Origin: Phoronis australis
Lineage: Eukaryota; Animalia; Phoronida
Reading direction: 5' to 3'
Length of the DNA stretch: 64,000 nucleotides
NCBI GenBank assembly: GCA_002633005.1
Contig: NMRA01000006.1
Coordinates: 1,711,742 to 1,775,741 of the forward strand
The notes under the pieces: model-generated
What the model was told of the DNA's origin: nothing
Databases searched by the model: none
Seen by the model: only the letters and a program-made list of their open reading frames with translations
Made by a program: the position numbers and the translations under genes
Shown here: positions 1 to 10,844 of the stretch, in pieces
How positions within the stretch are numbered: position 1 is the first letter of the stretch
How the letters are laid out: each line of letters starts with the position of its first letter

Positions 1-1
1 A

Positions 2-3000
2 GTTTCGACACGCGATGGTGACATCAAGGTAGAAGAGCGTTCTCGTGTCGTCGACGAAAAAGTCTCGCGAAAAACCGAGGCACATATTGATGAAGAAACG
101 GGGAAGCCCGTGTTCCGAACGGTCGAATATGTCGTGAAAACAATCGAACACGAGGTAACGACTGTCGAGACCCCCTGCTTGGCTTCACGGGCTTTGTTTG
201 CTATAACTGAAGGCGTGTGTATGTCTGCATGTTTTCTGTCTGGGAGGAGTACTTTCTCACTGGGCCAATATTGCTTATGAGGTGTTAAGTTCTGAACACT
301 AACGTGTTAACTCCTACTAACGCTAGAGTGGTTACTCTCACTCGACTGCTGACTTCTACTTGTGGGTGCTTTTGTAAATGGACTCTGTCACTCTTTCAAA
401 GCAATGTTAGACATTTTATGTTATGTTCTTGCTCTTGATTGTGAAAGACAAAGCTGAAATTGATTTGATGTATGTACAGGAAATTAGCAATATTTATTTC
501 GCAATTAATATTATGTAATACCTGGAAGACATTAGAAAGGGTCAAGTGGCTGTCCAAGGATTTTTTGGTATTTTTGGGAATTTAAGTAATTGCACCAGTA
601 CTTTTTAAATGAGAGTAGAATAATTAATACCATTATAAAGGGTAGACCTTTTTACACAAAACATGATTAGTCTCTTTGTTCTTTGACTAACAATAACGAC
701 GTATGTTTTGATAATGTTGACTTCAACCCGGCATGCGCATCCATGTGCTACATTGATGTTTAGATGGCGCTGTTGTCAAATATAGCTTCGTTCGCATATG
801 GGAAAATTTTGTAATACTGAAGTTTCCGAAATTTGGCCCAAAGATGGTATTATATTATTATGATTATTGTATCTGCAGTGGGCCTGAAATCCATTCACAA
901 GCTGGTAGTTATCAATAAGCCATCACTTTTCTGTTACAACCGTGCAATGTAGTTGGGAATACGCGTGATGAAGAAATGGCCAATCAGAGGATCATAATTT
1001 ATGATGTCTCACTTTACAAAGCTTATGCCTGCCCTAAGATTTCGCCTGGGAAGAGCTGTCTTTTGTTGGCATAAATCATGTCCTATCCAAAGCACAATAG
1101 TACCACTAATATGTGATTTTCAGAGACCGAACTGGTGTTACTTTGTAGGTTAAGACTTTACATTACAGTGCTTAGATTGCTGTCATCTTGAACAGGTCGT
1201 TATCATACCACATTTGATAATACATTAAAATGCGCCAAAACAGTTGTCCTTTCCTTGTAATGTCTTCCTGATAGTACTTAATATGTCTCGTTGCCTTCTG
1301 TACTGTAAGTGAACTGTTACGATTAAAAGTGGGTCCCATTTGTTTTCAAGAATATCGTTTTGTTTGTCACAGATATTTTGGATATTGTGCAGTAGTGTTG
1401 CACTTTACTTCACGTCAGTTCATGATGGCATGTTTCCACGACAACCACAAGCATCATGTAGTTTTGGTTTTACTGAGAGACCCCTTTTCATTTGTGTACT
1501 TTCCTTTACTTTCCTTTGTTTCTATGTGCACTGTTATAGCTTTTCGAGTGGTTTTCTTTACGTGTCCGGTGACATCATCCCATTTTCTTTCACCTCGTTC
1601 CTAGCAAGTTATTGCATTTGTTTCATTTCATTAACATTAGGTCTTGAATGTCTTGCCTTTTTTATGGCTACTGTCCAGTGCAATTTCATGCACGTTCACT
1701 GTTGTACTCTTTGCCGATTCTGACAAAATGTGGAAATATTGAGGTATCACTGTTGCTTGAGTTGATTATGTATAAATATTTACCGTTTACAAATCGGAAT
1801 GTATTTAACTTAGTTAACTTATTGTGCCCTGGTAGTATTGCGGACTTTATTGTCATAGGCTGTTATTGCTGTGTTATTTTTCAGGTAGAGACCACAAAAC
1901 AACAGATCGTCCAGTTAGAAGTAGACCAAAGCAGCCTCGATGCAATGGTAGCGGCGAATGGTAGGTCGGTATTACTTTTATGGTTATTAGCATGCCGTAG
2001 TGGAGTTGTCCTTTCTGTCTTCTGGTTGGTCGTCCGCAGTGCATGATGGGAGTCTCTTCTCTACTTCAGCGCCACCTATTGCTGTTCAGGCATCTAGTCA
2101 ACACCTGCTATGTGGATGGGTATAACTGTTTCCAAAATGCTTGTTTTTGGCACATTGTGGAGTATCTCTTGATCAGCCTCTCGCTGGTGTACTTACAGTG
2201 CAATTATTTACTAAATTTTGTGGTAATCATTGTTGGATGTTAGATTTCACTGCAATAAGCAATTATCGTTGACTTACTGCGACACTCATGGCTTCACTAT
2301 ATTTTTAACTCCGTATGTAGCCACTTTTTGTTGTCTATTGCTTATTGTAGTACTTGTACTGTGCGTATTTACCATTTGTACCTTTTGTATTGTTGGTTGT
2401 TACTAAGTGTTCCTTGTGGGCACGCTCACACTTTTTCTGATCTCTTCAGTGCATGTTCTTTTTATTTATGTTGTTGAACTGAGCATGAAAATGTTTTGGT
2501 TTTCAATGCACTTTTCTAGTCTTTTGCTAATCAGAAACTTGTCTTAAATACTAAAATGTTTTATGTGGTTAAAGTTTATGCCGTTACTGAGTATATTAAT
2601 CTAAAATGATGCGAATGTCTTCAGTAGCGGGCCTTTGTCTTCAGTTTTCGTTCATTTATTGCCCGACAGATGAAATTAAAATATTGAGAAGGGGGCTGGA
2701 ACAGATTGTACCTTTGATCAGGTTGTTTAAATCATTGTCGTTACATTTGTAAAAATATTTTAAAATACATTTATTAGGTTTCGTTGTTTTCATAATCAAA
2801 TGAAATTTTCTGTTAGTCTTTTTGATAAAAAGCTGTTTTTTGTTAATATTCATGAAGTGAGCTTGTTCATCTGTTGTTGTCATGGTAAAGATTACATCAT
2901 ACTGCTGAGGTCTGTTTCATGAAAGTGACTGACGATTTAAAGTTTAACTTGCACGCTAATTCCTCATCTCTGTGATTGCTTGGTCAAATTAGTTAAAAAC

Positions 3001-3736
3001 ACAACATATAGCGACGATGTGAATATGAAGTACACTGAAAATTGCCAAATGTTTTTAAGAACGAATTTTATGTCGAAAATGATCCTCCTTAATTCACTCA
3101 ACCGTGTCTGGTAAGTATTGTGACATGGTGTTGGGGAATAACACTGGATAGTACAAAGGTCACCTATTTCCAAAATAATTTTTTCGTTTTCACATTTACA
3201 AGTTGTCAATGAATACAACTGCACTTTGTTGCAAGTACATCTTTAAGGCAGCAGTTTGGTCTTATGTTCCTACTTCACAATTGTCAAATAAAAGGTTTAG
3301 TCATGATATTACTAACACGTTATTGACTGGAAATAACTTGTACAAATTTTCTCAGTAAATAACAGTTGGGGTATATTCTCAGACGCTTTATTCTATTATA
3401 AAATGAGTTTTAATTATTTTTCAGAAATATTTATGTGGAGCATAACGCCATATTGCTGTCCTTTATTTTAAGGCACTTTTATGAAACTGACCCCTCTCTG
3501 GTTCTAATGTTGTTGTGTGGTAACTTGGTGTCTTGCTGTTTTAAGTTTGGGAAAAGTCCTCTAATCCAATGTGCTTAATGTCTACAGGTGAAGACAATGA
3601 CGGAGATCTAGAAGACAGTCTATCTGCCAGTGACACGTCGAAAGAAAGTAGTCCCGTCAAGCAGAGTAGCCCCACGAAAGCATCGGGGATTCCCAAACCT
3701 CATCGCAAGAAGAAGAAAAGGAAAGGAAAGAACTAA
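2..3736 (+). CDS. 3' end of an unidentified gene, join(<2..154,1885..1960,3588..3736)
   Basis: Three exons with GT/AG ends and matching phases (0, then 1) give VSTRDGDIKVEERSRVVDEKVSRKTEAHIDEETGKPVFRTVEYVVKTIEHE|VETTKQQIVQLEVDQSSLDAMVAANG|EDNDGDLEDSLSASDTSKESSPVKQSSPTKASGIPKPHRKKKKRKGKN*. AATAAA at 3925-3930. Family not recognised. Confidence 0.75.
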
Positions 3737-5098
3737 AACGTTGTTTGTAAACTAGTGTACAGACTGTTGATACGTTTTTCAAGTTGACAGGACTTATTGG
3801 AATTTCTAAGCTCGTTATCATGTTGTTAATTAGCTATGCGAAGAGGGGTATCATGTGAATATTAATCTGTCATGAATTTGGTTGTGTTCAGTGAATTGAA
3901 TCGTTTCATCCGTGACTGATTACGAATAAACCTTCTGAAAGTGGGGGCTTCAGTTTCTTTTTCAAAATCTAGTTATATCAGTAGTGTTTAGTTTTAAAAA
4001 TCATGTATGATCACGTATCTGTTTTATATATTTTGTACCGGTCTGTAAATTAATAGTTTTTAATGATGAGCTGTTTTATGTCAAACGAGTGAATTGTCTG
4101 CGTTTTGTTTTATTGTTGAACACTTGTTGACATGAACTGTTTTAAAAATCAGTCTGTCAGAAAGACTTTGAATTTTGACTGTATGTAAACATTTTGTATA
4201 AAGAGAAATTACACTGAGATAAGTATCAAATCAAGACACATTACTGTAAATCATGCAAATGTGATTTAATTAAGTGTGAGAACAAAACAATGCTCACGAT
4301 ATTATTGTGCTCCGATGAGATCGTGAAGTGGTTAACTGTCCTGTGTATAATAAGTTATCTGCAATCAGCTACTTGGCAGGTATTGCTTGTGTCTGTAAAC
4401 CAAGGGTCGGGTGTACATAAATTGTGGTGTTTTATACAGATTGCTTTTATTCGTTTCTTTTATTTCACTTCCGTGAAATTTGCCAACTGTACATTGGTTA
4501 TTGATGAACGCTTCATAAAGGCTAATTCGCTCTGTTTCACATACTTGGTGATATTGTTGAATATTGTATTTTTGACCAAATACACTATTGCCACCACACT
4601 GTTGACTTCTTTTAATTTCACAAAGCCTAGATAGACGTTTCGAGATATACCAAGACATGACCGTCTGAATGAAGCATTGTGTAGATACAAAAGAGCATTA
4701 ATGGGCGGGCTGGTGTTTTGTGGGCGAGTCATTTTTCTTACAAGGAATTATTAGGACAACCCAAAATTCTCTGTGCATGTAACTGGGAGGTTTTTATTCA
4801 AAGTCCACGAAAATACGAGGTTTAATAGAAATGTTTTTATTGAAATTAAAATCAAAACGGTCATAAACTTGGTTCCTATTAAGAAACAACCTTGAGTTTT
4901 TATCGGTTTTGCACTTACCCATGCTTTCTGTCAAAAAATAACTTGTGATCTAGACCCCTTATCCTTATAAAGTAGGTCTTGCCTTGTGCATTGTTCCTTA
5001 CTGAGTTTGGAAATGATCCCTGGGCTCGGGAAGAGCTCTCAGTCCGTTATGCCGTGACATGAAATTTAATACCGTGTTTTTAATTATTTTTGAAAAAC

Positions 5099-5114
5099 AC
5101 CGCCCCCTGCTGGC
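5099..5114 (-). promoter_or_regulatory. CTCF-like motif
   Basis: Reverse strand reads GCCAGCAGGGGGCGGT, a close fit to the CTCF core CCASYAGRKGGCR, in the intergenic gap between gene 1 and the Ig gene pair. Confidence 0.4.
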
Positions 5115-6351
5115 TAACCAGTAGTCTATCCTCGATAAGCTACAATATATCGACGTGTTTTCGTGTTATGTTAAATTATTTGAAACATAGGCGTTACAAG
5201 AGACGGAAAAAAGACTAAACATTCACGTTAAGACGTGTGAAAGGGGTATACTAGCTTTGCTCATACGTGAAGCTGAGGCTCCTATACATAGATAATAACA
5301 AATACTTAAATATTCAATCTATGACCCGTTATGTCCCATACGCGCTGGAAACGTAATAGTCCACCCCATACCGACTATCATGCCACTATCACAATACAAT
5401 GTAAAAATTACAGTGTCATCATCGGGTGTATTGTTTAAAAATATTGCTTCTCGACCACCCGAGTAAAAAAATCGGATACAGACTCAAGTGTCTGAATACG
5501 GGCGCCGATATGGAATATAACTGAGAAGTACTGACCGTAACACAAAAGTACTGACCTACAGCGGAGCAGAGATAGGACTGGTCAAGTTACCTCCGTACAT
5601 GAAGTATCATATCAGTTGTCACAAGAACATGGATATTTAAGTAAAAGTATTGTGGGCATAATAGATCTCTACTATTTTTGTTTTTCATTAAAAGGATATT
5701 GAAAGGAAATTTCGATTGCTGCATTATTTGGCCTAAATTAACGGAAAAAATAGCACAACATTAGATATGTGACGCGATAGCGTGCATGCATATGTTGCAA
5801 TACGAGAAATAATGCAGCGATAAATGGTGCTCTTGCGAATCGAACTTACAGCATGCAGGCAGTTCACGCAATGACACAAACAAATTTTGGTTTCGTTTGC
5901 TAATGGTTCCCTGAAATTAGTAAGTTTCAACCAACATCAGTCAAATGCTATTGTTAAACCATCGGATCAAGTACTGTAATCAATGGTTAGATTTATATCA
6001 TTGCTTACGATGTCCACTTCGAGAGTTGATAATAATAATGAGTATGTATGGCTCGCTATGAAATTACTTATATGTAGATCTGCTTGCGTATCAAACTTGC
6101 CTGGTGTTTCTTCTCCAACACTCCTGCTTGTTGGTTCCTTACTTCTTATTTGAAGTTAACCGATTCGTATGTGGTCATTGAGCTTATTTTGTGTAGGTGT
6201 AAACCTGTTTCTTTTGTAAGAATGTAGGCCAATTTGGTTATGTTCGTGGAATATAAGAATTTATTTTCACGAGAAAACCTATTAGAAATGGGCAATAATG
6301 CGTCGTGTTTCGTTACCACACGTTCTGCCGCGAACGCTTATCATTTACAAA

Positions 6352-8154
6352 ATGCAAGGCTTGACATTCGGTCGAAACGTCTACTTTTTATTTCTTTCGT
6401 TTTTCTGTCATAGTTCCACTAAACAAATTACACACGGCATTCTTCGAGAAACTGGCACTGAAGTGGCCTCACAGACAGTGAACCCCACAACGACTCCAGA
6501 ACCGTCTCGCTTGTTATACCAACGCTTGCGAACGACGACAAATACCTTTCTTTTACATCTCCGACAACGGTTTCAGTTAAACTGCAACGACTCGCTTATC
6601 AACAAAGTTTTAGACAAGTATCCCTATGCATCTACAAAATGGACAAAGAATGGAAAACCGTTTGAACTTGATTTGACCAGAATGAAGTACGAATTTGGTA
6701 AGCAAGACTCGATCAGTTCTGACTCGAAGGTGACCGTGGCAATTCTGCGTTTTCGATACGCTATGTTGGGTGTTAGCCGGCACTTTAATGGACTTTAAAA
6801 TCAGGATTAGCGTGCGTATATATGTCAGCACCACTATAGGTACTCTAATCTAAGTGTTACTTTGCCCGGCTACTCGTCATAGTCTATAAAATACATTGAG
6901 TGGTTTTTAGTGGCCTTGGCGTAGAGCTGTATACTAAATCTACAGTTTTGCGCCGGATGTGAGCAAAAAACTCAGTGAGCAAATAAAATTTGGTACAAAA
7001 TTAGTGTCGTCATGTGGGTCTATGTTGACAAGTTTCACGGCGAGTTGTCGAGCAGAACTTTCCGGGCTGTGTGCAATTTCGAGGTCTGTCGGAGCTCAGC
7101 ACACAGTGGTACCTAGTGAACTGTATTTTGACGATGGTCCTCGTACAGGTAGCTGACTGGCTAACGATAGTCTCACTGAGCATTGCAAGATTAGATCGAC
7201 CGGCTCTGTCAGTACATTAAAGTGCAAGATGGGCGGCGTAGCACTGAAAAAAGTGGGGGGGGCTAAAGCCCCCTCAGCCCCCTGTGGGGCACCACCTATA
7301 GACTATGTGCAGCGTAGCACTGAAAAAAGTGGGGGGCTATAGCCTCCCAGCCCCCTACGGTGCGCCGCCCATGACTAGTTGCGGGTGTTGATATTATCGC
7401 AGGCTACCAGTGACTTGCTTGAGACCGTTTCAGGACTGACAAAAACAGGCTGTGTGTTCAGGTAGTGATATTTAAATTCCAGTCCGTTTTTTCTCAACCA
7501 AACTAGTTCAGAGAGGTGTACAGATCCTTGTTGTAGAATAGTGCTGCATGACATGACGTCGTGGGTAGGCCTATACTCACTCTACTGACGTGTCTTATAC
7601 CTTCAGACGAAATCATCATTAACAACGTAACTGACGACGACACGGGAGTGTACATTTGCCAGATCGAGTTCAACGAAGAAAAGAAAGAAGTTGAAACGGT
7701 CAAGCTGTACACGCTAACCGTTGACTCACCAATCGTTCGACTCACTGGTTTGGGTGATACGGAACAGCTTACTTGCAACAGTGCCGCCATTGCGTTGCTA
7801 TTCAAGGGCGAAGCCCATCAAAAGTGGTACCTCAACGGAACAGTAGCCCGAGATTACAAGGAATTGTCACCTGGCTTGATCAACACAGATACCTTCATAT
7901 TTAATCGCGAGTCAATGTCTGGCGTCTGGACGTGTGAGGTGTCCGTTAACAGTCACCGATGGGTGACCAATCGATTAAGGTTCTACGTTGTTCCAGGATT
8001 GGCACTCTGGGAGGCCATGGACACATACAGCGTTTATATTATCATTATATGTGCCATAATTAACATCATGGTTCCCATATGCCTCGTATCCCTTTGGATG
8101 GCAAGGAAGAGAGACATCGAAACTACCAAAAACTATTTCCAAACTATTCTGTAA
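6352..8154 (+). CDS. Type I membrane protein with two Ig-like domains, short-tail paralog A, join(6352..6697,7607..8154), ~297 aa
   Basis: Hydrophobic N-terminus (MQGLTFGRNVYFLFLSFFCHS); Ig1 LNC...KWTKNG...DDTGVYIC; Ig2 LTC...KWYLNG...SGVWTCEV; TM YIIIICAIINIMVPICLVSLWMA; tail RKRDIETTKNYFQTIL*. Phase-1 intron G|GTAAGC (6697/6698) to CTTCAG| (7606/7607). Start could also be 6298, or an upstream exon could use the AG near 6414. Confidence 0.8.
7028..7165. repeat. Dispersed repeat, second copy at ~54841-54972
   Basis: aagtttcacg...cgagcagaact.tccgggctgtgtg.aatttc.aggtct...ggagct.a.cacacagtggt.ccta...agctg.ctggctaac recurs in PASK intron 1. Confidence 0.7.
7229..7372. mobile_element. Short GC-rich MITE-like element with internal direct repeat
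   Basis: Terminal inverted repeat ATGGGCGGCG...CGCCGCCCAT; two copies of gcgtagcactgaaaaaagtggggggcta...cagcccc. Confidence 0.55.
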
Positions 8155-8451
8155 ACAAAATCTTACTCAACAACGGCATACATTCCGAATTCACAGGAAC
8201 GTCAATAATGAAGACGTACAAAATTTTGGTTTCAAAAGTCAGTTTTAATTTCTGCTTTGAAATACAGTAAAAACTGTTACCGTCAACTTAAAGATATCGC
8301 CTCGCAGATTTATTACTGTTTTTAAGATATTTGAACTCGCTTACGAGAATTGTCCAAAATGTCACCCACGTATTTCTTGATAGCTTCGTCTTGTATTACA
8401 TTGCCTACGAACGATTCTATTTCCAAACTTAGTCTTTTCGCTTCCTGTTTC

Positions 8452-10844
8452 CTAGACTCTCACATCACCGACATGTCTGCGAATTGTTTCGTGTAATATT
8501 CTATCGTTTACAAACTTATCCACCTCTTGGTCCAGTCTCTTTTCTTCGTGTTTTTTGGCCTTGCCTATAATGTAATCAACGAATGCTCTGATCTGTTCGT
8601 CACCAACTTTGGGATCCTTTGTTTGTTTTTGGCTCAAGACGTGCGCTCTTAAGGCTTCGTTTTGTACGATGTCATCTACGAACTTGTCCACTTCTCTTTC
8701 CATTCGTTTTACTTCGCCTTTCTTGTACTTGTCTAAAATATTGCCGACATAGTTTCCTATAACTTCGTCTTGGTCCTTAATGTTGCGCTGAATTGCTCGA
8801 TTGTATTGCGCTGCCTCTTGTTTCTTAGACTTGCGTAAAATGTGAGCCACGTATTTTCCGATAGTTTCATCTTTTCTCTCGTCGACTAAAAACTGTTTTA
8901 TCCTTTCCTCAGTCGATCTTGTCTCTTGCACCTTCAGTGTCTTTAGAATGCCGATGACAAATTTGTTAACTGCTTTATCGTCAACTTTGTCGAACGCCCG
9001 CCGGTCTTTTTCGTGGGATGCTCTATCTATTTGCTGTTTCTTCAGTGATTTGATAATTTCTCCAACGCGCATTTTAATAGTTTCGTGGGACTCTTTATTC
9101 CCGGTCACTTTTGTCTTTTCTCCTACTTTCTGCCCTTTAGACTTGTCCACCACGTCGCTTACGCATTTTCCAATAGTTATACCATGAATTATTTGTTCGA
9201 CGAAAGTGTCGACCTGGCGACTTAGCGTTTTCTCAAGCTGTTGTCGTTCCTCGTGACCAACAATACCCTCTGAAAACTCCTTGACGTCGCTGTGCAGCCT
9301 TTTCTCAAGATCCTGGGCAGTGGCTAGAATGTTTTTTACGAAACTGTCGACGTGTACGTCAAAATCAATCTGAGAAACAAATTTCTGGACGTCGCTATCA
9401 AGTTTCTTTTCTAATTTCGTGGACTTTTCACGAACGGTATTAGCGTAAACATGAGTCGCTCCCTGTTGTTTGGCAGCGTCAACAAATTGGCTACAGACTT
9501 GGCTGAGATTTTCCTCCATTTTCTTGGACTTAAGTAAAATATACTGAACAAACATGTCAACTGTCCTCTTTTGTTTCTTCCTCATTTTCTTTTCTGTTTT
9601 GCGTTTATGTTTTTTAGCTTTTCGAGAACGTTTTCTCAACAACTTCTCCTCACGTCTTCTCTCTTCTAACCATCTCTGCATCAAACTTTCTTCGTATTTC
9701 TTCTTCGTAGCCGTTATGTCGACCTTTCGCAATATCCACAGCACTATCATTAGAATTGGCACTAACTCGCTTATGGCGACACAACTGACAATCAAGTGGT
9801 ATTTGTATTCTCTTATGAAAGGCCAGTACACAAATCCAAGGAAGGAATCTTTCACTTCAATTGCTAATCTATTAGTAACCCATGTGTTTCCATTCGCCGT
9901 TACCTCACACGTCCACAATCCTGACAGTGACGTGTTGGTAAATAAAAAGGTGTCATTGTCGACCATTTCTGGAGAAACATTGCCAAAATCTCGTTGTAAT
10001 TCGCCGTCTCTGTACCACCTTTGTTTGGACTTACCTCTGAAAAGTAAACCAAAAGCTGTGCTGTGGCACGTCAGAATTTCGCGATTTCCAACTTGTGTTC
10101 GTAGAAGAGTGTTGTTCGATTTTACAGTCAGAGCGTACAACTCGGCAACGTCTGCGTCGTTCACGACCTCGCTGTACTCCACCAAACAAAGGTAAACCCC
10201 GGTGTCTTCATATTCAGCTCTGTCAATTACGATGTTATCTGAAGCAAAATGACGTTGAATTCGTGCCGATTTGTTCGGAGTTCAGCAGTTTATGTCACAC
10301 GCGCTCACAACTAAACGATGCACAGCAGCATGCAGTTGTGAAGAGAAATTTTCGGTTTCTTTGCCGATGTTTCCGGCGAATAATTTTTAAACTTCTTGAA
10401 GAGGTATGGTAGGCACAGAATCTCTTGAAAATCAATAAAAGAAACATTTTAAAAACTTCTTTAGGGAAAGATTGTTGATACCGCGTGGCAATATTTGCTG
10501 TTTAGAATAGTGGTGACTTTGTCATACTTACGATTCTTATAAGACATCCTGTTCCATTCAAACTCCATCTGCTTTCCGTTTTTCATCCAACTTATGACAG
10601 CGCCGTGAAACTTGTTAGCTGCTTCTGAAATTAACGGACTGTCGCATTTCATAATAACCGTTTCGTCTTGGTCCACTGCCAAATTGTTGTTACTCTTTAG
10701 CAACCTGTCCCACAACAGATCTGACGGTACTTGATCATGGGAAAGCGATTCTCCTAAATTAGCAGCTCTGCTTAGCACAGAAAACTGTATACTTTTCGTT
10801 AATAACAACGTTACGTACACGCTTGCAGGCGACACAGGAAACAT
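8452..10844 (-). CDS. Type I membrane protein with two Ig-like domains and long repetitive helical cytoplasmic tail, paralog B, complement(join(8452..10238,10532..10844)), ~699 aa
   Basis: Signal-like MFPVSPASVYVTLLLTKSIQFSVLSRA; Ig1 MKC...SWMKNG...EDTGVYLC; Ig2 LTC...RWYRDG...SGLWTCEV; TM YHLIVSCVAISELVPILMIVLWIL; Lys/Arg block; repeated [VI]xx[FY]Vxx[IV][LIV] motifs. Phase-1 intron (C|GTAAGT at 10532/10531; CTTCAG| at 10239/10238) at the same codon as in paralog A. The 577-aa ORF covers most of exon 2. Confidence 0.85.

Noticed and set aside
1329-2243. Cluster of hydrophobic ORFs suggesting membrane proteins
   Set aside because: T-rich intron sequence; only 1885-1960 has proper splice sites and frame continuity.
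8948-10412. Plus-strand ORFs 8948-9187, 9554-10195 and 10095-10412
   Set aside because: Antisense shadows of the paralog B coding exon; Phe/Leu/Ser-rich as expected from the complement of a Lys/Glu-rich frame.
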